From Bacillota bacterium (lineage in GTDB: Bacteria; Bacillota; Clostridia; Acetivibrionales; DSM-1351): a stretch of DNA of 64,000 nucleotides. A program made the position numbers and the translations under genes. The notes beneath the pieces were generated by a model. That model searched no databases. It saw nothing but the letters and a program-made list of their open reading frames with translations, and had not been told where the DNA came from. Numbering within the stretch: the first letter of the stretch is position 1; each line of letters starts with the position of its first letter. The stretch spans positions 177 through 64,176 of the forward strand of contig JAEWAX010000149.1 in NCBI GenBank assembly GCA_023391425.1, read 5' to 3'. Below, one piece after another: positions 11,096 to 20,040 of the stretch.

Positions 11096-12935
11096 TACCT
11101 CCACAAATACCACTTTCGAATATAGCTGCACCGCATCCGCCGCAATCAACTCTACAGTTCGGTGTAATCTTACCTTCAGTGGCTTTCTTACTCTCATTTA
11201 TTAAAAATTTCTTTGAGACACCTATGTCTATATGATCCCAAGGTAATATTTCATCGTACTCTCTTTTACGCGTAGCATAAAAATATGGATTTACGCCGCA
11301 CTCTTCAAAGGCTTTCATCCAAACATCATATTTAAAGAACTCACCCCAGCCATCAAACTTACATCCAAGTTCCCAGGCTTTAATCAAAACCTTGCAAATC
11401 CTTCTATCCCCACGTGCAAAAACAGCTTCCAGAAAACTTAATTTGTTTTCATGATAATTATAGGTAATCTGTTTTGAACGTATCTTTTCCTTCAAAAAAG
11501 CTTGCTTCTCAGATACATTTTCTCTATTATCCTGAGGTTCCCATTGAAATGGAGTAAAACACTTTGGGACAAAGGTAGCTGTACTGACGGTAACATTTAA
11601 ACCCTTTCCTCTCTTTTCCATTGGGACCTTCTTGTATATATTTACAACCTTATGAGCTAAATCTGCAATTCCTTCTACATCCTCAAAGGTCTCGGTTGGT
11701 AATCCCAGCATGAAGTATAGTTTTACACCGTTCCAGCCACCATTAAACGCAAGCGAAACGGCATTTAACAAATCCTCTTCTGTTACGCCTTTGTTAATTA
11801 CATTTCTAAGCCTCTGCGTTCCAGCTTCAGGTGCAAAAGTCAGTCCACTCTTTCTTACTTTCTGAGCCTTCTGCATTAAATCTAATGAAAAAGAATCTAA
11901 TCTTAAAGACGGAAGAGACAATCCAACTTTTCTCTCATCCATTTCATCAATAAGTTCTGAGGTTAGTTCTTCTAGCTCACTATAATCACTAGTGCTAAGA
12001 GATGTAAGTGATATTTCTTCATAGCCGGTGCTTTCCTCCAACTTCTTGGCTAGTTGCATCAATCTTTCATGGCTTTTTTCTCTAACAGGTCGATATACAA
12101 AACCAGCTTGACAGAATCTGCAGCCTCTTATACAGCCTCTAAAGACCTCAAGCATAATCCTATCATGCACAATGTCTGTGTATGGAACAATTATTTTTTC
12201 AGGATAATATGCTTTATCTAAGTCTTTTATAATACGCTTTTTTATCTTCACAGGGTATTGTGGTTTTAAAGGTGTAAAGCTCTTTATCGTACCATCTTCA
12301 TTATAGTCAAACTCATAAAAGGAAGGCACATAAATACCCTCTATTTTTACTATTTCTTCAAGAAAATCAGTTCTTGTTTTTCCAGTATTCTTCCATTTAG
12401 CATAAACATCCATAACTTCATTAATAATTTCTTCGCCCTCGCCCATCATAAAAAAGTCTACAATATCAGCAAGTGGCTCAGGATTGTATGCACAAGGTCC
12501 TCCTGCACAAACGAAAGGATCTTTATCTCCCCTAGCCTGTGTTGTGATAGGAATTCCAGCAAGATCTAGCATATTTACTATATTTGAAAAGCTCATTTCA
12601 TATTGAAGCGTAAAACCAACAAAATCAAAGTTCCTAATTTCATCTTTAGTTTCAAGAGAGTATAAAGGTATGCTATTCTCACGCATCTTTACTTCCATGT
12701 CATTCCATGGTGCAAATACCCTTTCACAATAGCAATCCTCTCTCTCATTTAATAAATGATATAGTATTTTCATTCCAAGATGTGACATGCCTATTTCATA
12801 GGTATCTGGAAAACAAAAAGCAAATCTAATGTCAACACTTTTGGGGTCTTTGATAACGCTATTCCACTCATTTCCGGTATATCTTGAAGGTTTTTCTACA
12901 CTTTTTAGCAATCCATCCGATAGCTTGATACTCAT
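11082..12935 (-). CDS. TIGR03960-family B12-binding-domain radical SAM protein
   Basis: 617 aa. Radical SAM cluster motif FRGCIRGCRFCQAG. The N-terminal B12-like domain and the pairing with the TIGR03936 gene upstream of rng are the conserved arrangement. Confidence 0.85.
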   Translation of the reverse strand: MSIKLSDGLLKSVEKPSRYTGNEWNSVIKDPKSVDIRFAFCFPDTYEIGMSHLGMKILYHLLNEREDCYCERVFAPWNDMEVKMRENSIPLYSLETKDEIRNFDFVGFTLQYEMSFSNIVNMLDLAGIPITTQARGDKDPFVCAGGPCAYNPEPLADIVDFFMMGEGEEIINEVMDVYAKWKNTGKTRTDFLEEIVKIEGIYVPSFYEFDYNEDGTIKSFTPLKPQYPVKIKKRIIKDLDKAYYPEKIIVPYTDIVHDRIMLEVFRGCIRGCRFCQAGFVYRPVREKSHERLMQLAKKLEESTGYEEISLTSLSTSDYSELEELTSELIDEMDERKVGLSLPSLRLDSFSLDLMQKAQKVRKSGLTFAPEAGTQRLRNVINKGVTEEDLLNAVSLAFNGGWNGVKLYFMLGLPTETFEDVEGIADLAHKVVNIYKKVPMEKRGKGLNVTVSTATFVPKCFTPFQWEPQDNRENVSEKQAFLKEKIRSKQITYNYHENKLSFLEAVFARGDRRICKVLIKAWELGCKFDGWGEFFKYDVWMKAFEECGVNPYFYATRKREYDEILPWDHIDIGVSKKFLINESKKATEGKITPNCRVDCGGCGAAIFESGICGGNDID

Positions 12936-12977
12936 TTATGCCTCCATAGCTAATTTATTTACATATTTAGTATTCCC

Positions 12978-13016
12978 AAAAATATAAGCGCTTCACTTAT
13001 GTGAAAGTCGCTTATA
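12978..13016 (-). terminator. Intrinsic terminator after tRNA-Pro
   Basis: On the minus strand, ATAAGCGACTTTCAC-ataa-GTGAAGCGCTTAT is followed by ATTTTTGGG. Confidence 0.7.
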
Positions 13017-13020
13017 ATAG

Positions 13021-13095
13021 TGGTCGGAGTGATGCGATTTGAACGCACAACCCCTTGCTCCCGAAGCAAGTACCCTACCGTTGGGCCACACCCCG
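13021..13095 (-). tRNA. tRNA-Pro (anticodon CGG)
   Basis: Manual cloverleaf. Acceptor CGGGGTG/CACTCCG. Anticodon stem CTTGC/GCAAG with loop TTCGGGA. T arm GTGCG-TTCAAAT-CGCAT. Encoded CCA. 75 nt. Confidence 0.88.
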
Positions 13096-13216
13096 AAACT
13101 TCTTGTGAACAAAATCTTTTCTGAAAACTACATCTGAACTAAGTCTTCTTTATTTTATTACTTAGTTACACAATTTACAATACTAAAAATGTATGTATTG
13201 TGTAATAAATGCATTA

Positions 13217-14008
13217 TTATACCTTTATATGTTTAAATTCCTCTACTTTTTTGGTGATAAATTCCAAAACTTGCTTTTGCTCTGTTTTTCCAATTCCAGT
13301 TATATTAATAGGCTCACCAAAAGATACACATACTGGTTCTTTTCTTTTAATTGGCCCAATATCCTTTATCAGCTTACCGGTAGTCATAAAATCAGTTTTT
13401 ATAGCTATAGGTATAACAGGAACTCCAGCCTCTTTTGCTAGCTTGATTCCTAACGAATTAAATTTTTCCGGATTAAACTCTGCCTGTCTAGTTCCTTCTG
13501 GGAAAAGTATAATGGATGTACCATTAGCAATAATATCTTTCCCTTCATTAATAACTTTAATTAAATCTTGCTTAGGATTTTTTCTTTCAAGAGTAATCGG
13601 ATTTCGACTACGCATTACAGGCCCAAAAATTGGGTTTGAAACAAGGCTCTCTTTTACAACATAGGTTACTTCTTTTATAGTTGCAATTATACAGGGGAAA
13701 ATAAAAGTTTCCAAGTCGCTCATATGGTTACTCACAAAAACAACTGGCCCTTCAACTTTGTTTATATTTTCAATACCCTCAATAAACACTTTCCCGCCAC
13801 TCTTCTCAACATCTTGCACAATTCTATAGCTGGAAGCTGCCCATGCCTCATTGTCATATTTACCCTTTAAAGCTAATTTACGCGCTTTTATTATCTCTTT
13901 GCCATACCCATAAATAAAATACCATCTCGTATTTAAAAAAAGTTTATCAAGAATGTTCCTCTTATTTCCAGATGTTTTGTAATTTCCTTCAGTAAAATAC
14001 TGTTTCAT
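13217..14008 (-). CDS. 1-acyl-sn-glycerol-3-phosphate acyltransferase family protein
   Basis: 263 aa with the HX4D block FVSNHMSDLETF and the FPEGTR block of PlsC-type acyltransferases. Confidence 0.8.
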   Translation of the reverse strand: MKQYFTEGNYKTSGNKRNILDKLFLNTRWYFIYGYGKEIIKARKLALKGKYDNEAWAASSYRIVQDVEKSGGKVFIEGIENINKVEGPVVFVSNHMSDLETFIFPCIIATIKEVTYVVKESLVSNPIFGPVMRSRNPITLERKNPKQDLIKVINEGKDIIANGTSIILFPEGTRQAEFNPEKFNSLGIKLAKEAGVPVIPIAIKTDFMTTGKLIKDIGPIKRKEPVCVSFGEPINITGIGKTEQKQVLEFITKKVEEFKHIKV

Positions 14009-14217
14009 AATATCACATCCAATTTTATAAGTTGCATTTTACATCAAGTGTTATGAATAAAATGATTTAATTTAAGCCAATTAATATAATTATATATCAC
14101 ATATTATGCAATGTCTACCACCTCCTATATTCTCGATCAACATATACTTCCCCATATACTTTTCCAATTCTATCTTGTTGTATTCATGAATACAAATATA
14201 TCATGGAGGTATGCATT

Positions 14218-15642
14218 ATGAATCGTTTTATAATCATAACAAACAAGCGAAAATTAATGATATGCTTAATTGCAGTATTATTTATTATACTTTCTGCATT
14301 TATTCTAACAAAATTAGATTTTCCCCAAGCTGTTAAAACAGACACCTCAAAAACCTATACTGTAATGTCTCCAGAAGGTGAAAATCAACAATTGAAAGAT
14401 ATATTATCTTGTATTATACCTTCAGACAATAACATTCTTTTTGAAAATAGTAATAGAGACGTTGTAGCTGCAAATAATATATCAGATTCTACTAATGTGC
14501 CTCCTAGTGAGATTCTTAAAAAAGGAAAAAATTTGTCCTATTTTTTTATCTATTCTGATGAAGAATATCTCAGGCCTATTTATTCATATACTTGGAAGCA
14601 AGCATATTATCAAGGTTGGCTCTATCTTCCGAGGAAAATTGTATCTGCAAGACATAGCCTTTTCACTTATAGCGGTGACACTAGCAAGGTATTCGATATA
14701 GAAGGAGAGTTAGGCTTTTATCCAAATATCTCAATTGATAATCAAAATTATATTAATTTTTTGATTTATAACTTTGATTTACAGAATGTAATTCAGCATG
14801 AAAACCAGATAGTAATTACTGGAACACCTGTTAAAAAGGGTGTGCAAATAATATCCATAAAAATTGATGATGTTACTACTCAAATGAATGAAGCAGAACA
14901 AATTACGGTGCAGCTATGTACTCCTTCAGGCTTTGAAATTGACTATCAAAATATTAAATTAGCAAAAATGCCCGATGGAAAAGAGGATTTTGGTGCTGTT
15001 AAAGAAACTTTTTCAGTAACTAATAATGATATAAGTGGATTAAACGAAATAAATAGTATACACGATATAAATGCTCAAAATAGTCTGCTAAGGAAAGAAC
15101 TTACACACTACATTTCTGATTCATCAAGATCCATTTTTTTTCAACATAACGGGAGTTATCAGACATCTAATGTTCTCAATACTAATATTGATTTAGAGGA
15201 TGCCACCAAGTGCTCATCAAACATAAAGTATAATGTTTGTTATAATAATCCCAAATATATTAGGCCTGTCTTTCATCCACAGTGGAAAGAAAATTATGAT
15301 AGAGAATGGTGTTATATTCCAAGAAAAATGTATATCAATATGAGAAAACTGTTTGTTCTACCATCAGATAAAGAGGTTGCATATGACTTGTGCGGTGAAT
15401 TAGGCTTTTTTGATGAATATAAAACAATAAATAAAGATCAAGTTGGGTTGCTTATAAATAATTTTTTAGTTTCAAATATAAGTTTATTTGAGGATAATAT
15501 TTTAGTAACAGGAACCCCATCGAGAAATGGGATCCAGGTTGTTAGCATAACAAAAACTAATCTCACGAAGTATAAGGAATACGCCGTAAGATTAGTTACA
15601 AAAGATCTGTGTGAATTTGATATTGATGTTATTAAAAATTAA
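14218..15642 (+). CDS. Membrane-anchored hypothetical protein with an internally duplicated ~120-aa domain
   Basis: One N-terminal TM (LMICLIAVLFIILSAFILT). Two homologous segments (YLRPIYSYTWKQAYYQGWLYLPRK...GELGFYP...ITGTPVKKGVQIISIK and YIRPVFHPQWKENYDREWCYIPRK...GELGFFD...VTGTPSRNGIQVVSIT). The ATG at 14218 has GGAGGT 7 nt upstream. Confidence 0.55.
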   Translation: MNRFIIITNKRKLMICLIAVLFIILSAFILTKLDFPQAVKTDTSKTYTVMSPEGENQQLKDILSCIIPSDNNILFENSNRDVVAANNISDSTNVPPSEILKKGKNLSYFFIYSDEEYLRPIYSYTWKQAYYQGWLYLPRKIVSARHSLFTYSGDTSKVFDIEGELGFYPNISIDNQNYINFLIYNFDLQNVIQHENQIVITGTPVKKGVQIISIKIDDVTTQMNEAEQITVQLCTPSGFEIDYQNIKLAKMPDGKEDFGAVKETFSVTNNDISGLNEINSIHDINAQNSLLRKELTHYISDSSRSIFFQHNGSYQTSNVLNTNIDLEDATKCSSNIKYNVCYNNPKYIRPVFHPQWKENYDREWCYIPRKMYINMRKLFVLPSDKEVAYDLCGELGFFDEYKTINKDQVGLLINNFLVSNISLFEDNILVTGTPSRNGIQVVSITKTNLTKYKEYAVRLVTKDLCEFDIDVIKN

Positions 15643-15651
15643 TATTAATTA

Positions 15652-16188
15652 TTATAGTTTCTTAATAAGATTAGATTTATCTATGACTGCAATAAATGCG
15701 TATGCCACTATCGCACTAATAGCACCTTGAATCAGGTTTCCAGGTAATTCAGCGACAATTGCTGTAAATGCCAACGATTTATCAATTAACCTTATTACAG
15801 TAAGTTCAAAAATGAAATACCCCACAACCATAACAAGTGCACCTACTACTACCGATATTATTCGTCTAATATTTGAAGGTGCTTTATCACTATTTTTATT
15901 GGCAATTACGCCAACAATATATCCCTCTAAGCCCTTTACAATAAAGGTTATCGGAACAAATATAAAGGAACCATAGGCCAAGTCAGCCAATGCTGAACCG
16001 ATTGCACCAGCAACAAAGCCTGATTTTCTCCCAAAAAGGATCGCAGCTATCATAATAGCAGCATCTCCAATGTTAAAATAGCCTTGTGCAATTGGGCTAG
16101 GTATATGCAAAAAAGGTAAATAAGTAATTAGAAAAACCAATGCTATCATTAATGCACTTAATACAAGTTTTTTAATTGAGAATTTCAT
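15652..16188 (-). CDS. ECF transporter S component (substrate unknown)
   Basis: 178 aa with about 5-6 TM segments. The pattern GDAAIMIAAILFGRKSGFVAGAIGSALADL is typical of ECF S components. It starts 19 nt after the hom stop. Confidence 0.65.
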   Translation of the reverse strand: MKFSIKKLVLSALMIALVFLITYLPFLHIPSPIAQGYFNIGDAAIMIAAILFGRKSGFVAGAIGSALADLAYGSFIFVPITFIVKGLEGYIVGVIANKNSDKAPSNIRRIISVVVGALVMVVGYFIFELTVIRLIDKSLAFTAIVAELPGNLIQGAISAIVAYAFIAVIDKSNLIKKL

Positions 16189-16206
16189 ATATGTTCATCC
16201 TTTATT

Positions 16207-17460
16207 TTACTCTTCTTCTATTCTAATTATATTTGCTACTTCAATAATTAATCCCGATTCTTTAAGCCTTGCTATATCACTGTTAAGCTCTTTTTCAGTA
16301 GCAATTTTAGTAATAAATGCAAGCTCGTTATCTTGAGTTTTAGAATTTAGCTCCACAAAATTAATATTCTGTCCAAGTATTGAAGATATATTCTTTTTAG
16401 CTTCTGATATGTTACTAACTTTAGCTCTAACTAAGAATTTTGCTGAGCTATCTTCTAAAGCAATAATATTATTTGCTTGATTTCTAACCCAAACATTCAT
16501 TGTACCGAAGTCAGGATGCTTTGCAATATCTATTACGTCTGCTACAACAGCACTTGCAGTAGGTAATTTACCTGCTCCTCTACCATAAAACATAGCATCT
16601 CCAATAGCATTTCCCTTTACAACAATAGCATTAAACACGTCTTCAACATTTGCTAAAGGATGCTCTTTTGAAATAATAGCAGGACTTACACGAGCAAAAA
16701 TCTTATCATCTACCCTTCTACTGATAGCTATTAGTTTAATAACACCATTCATTGCCTCAGCGTATTTCATATCATCTATAGTAATTTTTGTAATGCCCTC
16801 AGTATAGATATTTGAAAAGTCAACAAATTCATTGTATGCTATTGAAGACAAAATTGCCAATTTTCTACAGGCATCATGTCCCTCTACATCAGCAGTTGGA
16901 TTCTGCTCAGCATACCCATTCTGCTGTGCCTCTTTTAGTGCTGTTTCAAAGCTTTTGCCTTCTTTTCTCATGTGAGTCAAAATATAATTTGTAGTACCAT
17001 TGAGTATTCCTGTAATACCATTAATCTCATTTGCAGCAAGACATTGATTAAGTGGTCGAATAATTGGTATTCCGCCACCCACACTTGCCTCAAACAAATA
17101 GCTTACACCATTTTCTTTTGCTAACTTCAAAAGCTCTGGTCCCTGTGCCGCAACAAGCTCTTTATTTGATGTAACAACATTTTTGCCAGCCATCAATGCT
17201 CTTTTTGTAAACTCAGCAGCAATTTTAACTCCACCAATTGTCTCCACAACTACATCTACACTACTATCATTAAAAACATCATCTGCATTCTTCGTGAATA
17301 CGTCCCCATAAGGGCTATTAGGAAAATCTCTAATATCTACAATCCATTTAACTCGTATTTCATTTCCAGCACGTTGTTTGATACTATCGCTGTTGATTTT
17401 AATTACTTCAGCTACTCCAGACCCAACCACTCCAAAACCTAAAATTGCAACATTAATCAT
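16207..17460 (-). CDS. hom: Homoserine dehydrogenase
   Basis: 417 aa. NAD-binding start MINVAILGFGVVGSGV, catalytic-domain motifs (GILNGTTNYIL, YAEQNPTADVEGHDA), and a C-terminal ACT-like region. Confidence 0.92.
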   Translation of the reverse strand: MINVAILGFGVVGSGVAEVIKINSDSIKQRAGNEIRVKWIVDIRDFPNSPYGDVFTKNADDVFNDSSVDVVVETIGGVKIAAEFTKRALMAGKNVVTSNKELVAAQGPELLKLAKENGVSYLFEASVGGGIPIIRPLNQCLAANEINGITGILNGTTNYILTHMRKEGKSFETALKEAQQNGYAEQNPTADVEGHDACRKLAILSSIAYNEFVDFSNIYTEGITKITIDDMKYAEAMNGVIKLIAISRRVDDKIFARVSPAIISKEHPLANVEDVFNAIVVKGNAIGDAMFYGRGAGKLPTASAVVADVIDIAKHPDFGTMNVWVRNQANNIIALEDSSAKFLVRAKVSNISEAKKNISSILGQNINFVELNSKTQDNELAFITKIATEKELNSDIARLKESGLIIEVANIIRIEEE

Positions 17461-17465
17461 AAAAT

Positions 17466-17878
17466 AACCTCCATGAGCCGCATAGCGACTATAAAAATTT
17501 GAAATACTACCATCCTCTATCGCTATAAGGCGAATAAAGGAGGTTATTTAGCCAGCGCGCGTTTGCGTAGCGCATGCGGAGCAAAATCTCGCACGACGAC
17601 TAATTCATAGGTTAACTTGGAAGATGAGCGTAGCGGAATCGTTCAAGTTAACCTCCATGAGCCGCATAGCGACTATAATAATTTGATATACTACCAGCCT
17701 TCATCGCTATAAGGCGAATAGAGGAGGTTATTTAGCCATGCGCGTTTGCGTAGCGCATACGGAGCAAAATCTCGCGCAGCGACTAATTCATAGGTTAACT
17801 TGAAAGATGGACGTAGCGAAATCATTCAAGTTAGCCTCCATGAGCCGCATAGCGACTATAAAAATTTGAAATATTATC
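17466..17878 (-). repeat. 2.25 tandem copies of a 184-nt locally GC-rich structured unit that includes the hom RBS
   Basis: Copies start at 17466, 17650 and 17833 (aacctccatgagccgcatagcgactat...). They are about 90% identical by eye. Each full unit has the GTTAACTTGGA/TTCAAGTTAAC hairpin and an ATAACCTCC/GGAGGTTAT pairing. Confidence 0.9.
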
Positions 17879-18314
17879 TTGCTAATATTTCATATCGTCT
17901 AACGCCTTCAATCTTTCCAATTTCAGCCATTAAGGCCTGCATATCGTCCTTCATTTCAAAGGTTTCAATTGAAACAGTCACATCAGCTAATCCGTTGATT
18001 GGAATATTCTGATTAATTGTTAATATATTCGCCTTTGCAGAAGCAATTTTATCGATAATGCTTGAAAGTATTCCAGAGAAATCTTCAACTACAAAAAATA
18101 GCGTTAATACCTTCCCTCTTGATGTTTCATAAAATGGAAATATGTAATCTTTATATTTATAGTAAGCACTTCTACTAATCCCAACTTCTTTAACGGCATC
18201 ATTTACAGTTTTAATCTTGCCAAAACTAAGTATTTTTTTTACTTCGATTACTTTTGCAAATACCTCTGGTAGGATAAATGAATCAACTAAGAAAAAAACT
18301 GATTCCTGTTTCAT
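17874..18314 (-). CDS. UPF0735 ACT-domain protein (PheB-like)
   Basis: 146 aa. The N-terminal helix-turn-helix-like VNDAVKEVGISRSAYYKYKDYIFPF is followed by an ACT domain (LTLFFVVEDFSGILSSIIDKIA). Confidence 0.8.
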   Translation of the reverse strand: MKQESVFFLVDSFILPEVFAKVIEVKKILSFGKIKTVNDAVKEVGISRSAYYKYKDYIFPFYETSRGKVLTLFFVVEDFSGILSSIIDKIASAKANILTINQNIPINGLADVTVSIETFEMKDDMQALMAEIGKIEGVRRYEILAR

Positions 18315-18393
18315 AAGCCCTCCTGTCCGTCTAATGCGTACACCTGTGTTTCCTTGGTGTATATATTAGCACATTTTAATCTTCTTTGCAACC

Positions 18394-18433
18394 AAAAAAG
18401 ATATATTAATCTATTGAACTAGATTAATATATC
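18394..18433 (-). terminator. Intrinsic terminator after thrC
   Basis: On the minus strand, GATATATTAATCTA-gttcaa-TAGATTAATATATC is followed by TTTTTTGG. Confidence 0.75.
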
Positions 18434-18461
18434 TCAGATTGAATAGCTATTATACGATGTA

Positions 18462-19961
18462 CTATATTTCAAGAACTTTTCTAACTTGATCTATCATTTC
18501 AGCAGGATTACAAAGTTCTTTATGAAGAATAGGTTTTTTGTCCAGCTGTTCTAATGGTGTTGGAATCTTGAGTCCTGACTTCTCAGATAGAACTGATAAT
18601 AGTTCGAATTCGGATTTACCATCAACAGCGTCTTCTCCAGCTATTGCTTTAACCACACTTTCATTGAACTTGAATGGGCTAGCTGTTGAAACAATTACAG
18701 CCTTTGTAACATCACTGGTAGAAATAACATATTTATCATATACATCAACCGCAACAGCCGTATGCGTATCTAGTACATATCCTGTCTCTTGATATACACT
18801 CTCTATAGTCTTTAGTGTATCATTGTCGTTTGAATAGCCTGCCCAAAATACTTTTTGGATTTTCTTTTTAGTATCTTGATCGACTTCATACAAACCTTCA
18901 CTGTTTAGTTTACCCATCCAATTTCTAACCATTTCCGAATTACCATCAGTAACTAAATACAAAAGTCTTTCCAGATTACTTGAAATCAAAATATCCATAG
19001 AAGGAGAAAGTGTCTTCTTAAACTCTCTCTTTCTATTGTATATACCTGAATTAATAAAATCTGTTAAAACATTATTATCATTTGAAGCACATATTAGCTT
19101 GTTAATAGGTAAACCCATCTGCAATGCATAATATGCAGCTAAAATATTCCCAAAGTTACCTGTAGGTACGACAAAATTAATTTTTTCACCGACCTTGATT
19201 TCATTATTTTTAAGCATATCTGCATATGCAGAAAAGTAGTACACTATCTGGGGTACTAACCTTCCCCAGTTTATTGAATTTGCTGAAGAGAACTTGTATC
19301 CATTCGCCTGCATCAGCGTAAAAATATCCTCATCACTAAATATTCTTTTAACGCCATTTTGAGCATCATCAAAATTACCGTTTACGGCAATTGAATATAC
19401 ATTTCCACCTTCTTGTGTTATCATCTGTCTTCTTTGCACTTCGCTAACGCCTTGACTTGGGAAGAATACAATAATCTTTGTACCCTTAACATCTTTAAAG
19501 CCTTCAAGTGCAGCTTTTCCAGTATCTCCAGAAGTTGCAACCAAAATTACAATTTCTTTCTTTTCACCTGTTTTTTGCAGCGCCTTCACAAGAAAATGAG
19601 GAAGTATTTGAAGTGCCATATCTTTAAAAGCACTTGTAGGCCCATGCCACAATTCTAATACATTAACTGACTCATATAATTTGTGCAATGGAGCAATAGA
19701 CTCAGATTCAAATTTTTGTGTAGTATATGCTTGGCTAACACAATCTTTTAATTCATTTAAGGTATAATCATCTAAGTAACCTTCTAATATATTTAAAGCT
19801 CTTTCTTGGTAACTCATTTCACTCATTTTTAAAATTTGTTCATTGTCAAAAGAAATCACTTTTTCTGGTACAAATAGTCCCCCATCTGCTGCGAGACCTC
19901 TCTTTATAGCTTCAGCTGAGCTAACATTAGCACATTTTCCTCTAGTACTTTTATAAAACAT
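18462..19961 (-). CDS. thrC: Threonine synthase
   Basis: MFYKSTRGK start and the PLP lysine region HGPTSAFKDMALQ. About 499 aa. The ATG at 19961 has GGGAGG 5 nt upstream. The ORF-track start at 19976 is a TTG without an RBS. Confidence 0.92.
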   Translation of the reverse strand: MFYKSTRGKCANVSSAEAIKRGLAADGGLFVPEKVISFDNEQILKMSEMSYQERALNILEGYLDDYTLNELKDCVSQAYTTQKFESESIAPLHKLYESVNVLELWHGPTSAFKDMALQILPHFLVKALQKTGEKKEIVILVATSGDTGKAALEGFKDVKGTKIIVFFPSQGVSEVQRRQMITQEGGNVYSIAVNGNFDDAQNGVKRIFSDEDIFTLMQANGYKFSSANSINWGRLVPQIVYYFSAYADMLKNNEIKVGEKINFVVPTGNFGNILAAYYALQMGLPINKLICASNDNNVLTDFINSGIYNRKREFKKTLSPSMDILISSNLERLLYLVTDGNSEMVRNWMGKLNSEGLYEVDQDTKKKIQKVFWAGYSNDNDTLKTIESVYQETGYVLDTHTAVAVDVYDKYVISTSDVTKAVIVSTASPFKFNESVVKAIAGEDAVDGKSEFELLSVLSEKSGLKIPTPLEQLDKKPILHKELCNPAEMIDQVRKVLEI

Positions 19962-20040
19962 CTCTACCTCCCACAAAATGAATCATCTATTATGGACTAT
20001 AGGACTTTTCTTCCCAAAATACATAGTAGTGACTTAATTT

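Noticed and set aside
10524-11204. Long antisense or overlapping ORFs appear in the six-frame track. Examples are 10524-11204, 8882-9484, 31567-32085, 13209-13664, 41888-42298, 49284-49646, 51969-52373, 6233-6502, 45713-45985 and 40322-40534.
   Set aside because: Each lies inside or opposite a well-supported gene. They have low-complexity Ser/Leu/Phe/Ile-rich translations typical of shadow frames in AT-rich DNA. They lack RBSs.
17466-17878. The tandem repeats at 17.5 kb, 43.7 kb and 52.2 kb were checked as possible CRISPR arrays.
   Set aside because: The units are directly adjacent with no unique spacers. The unit sizes (184, 14 and 12-13 bp) and the lack of cas genes do not fit CRISPR.
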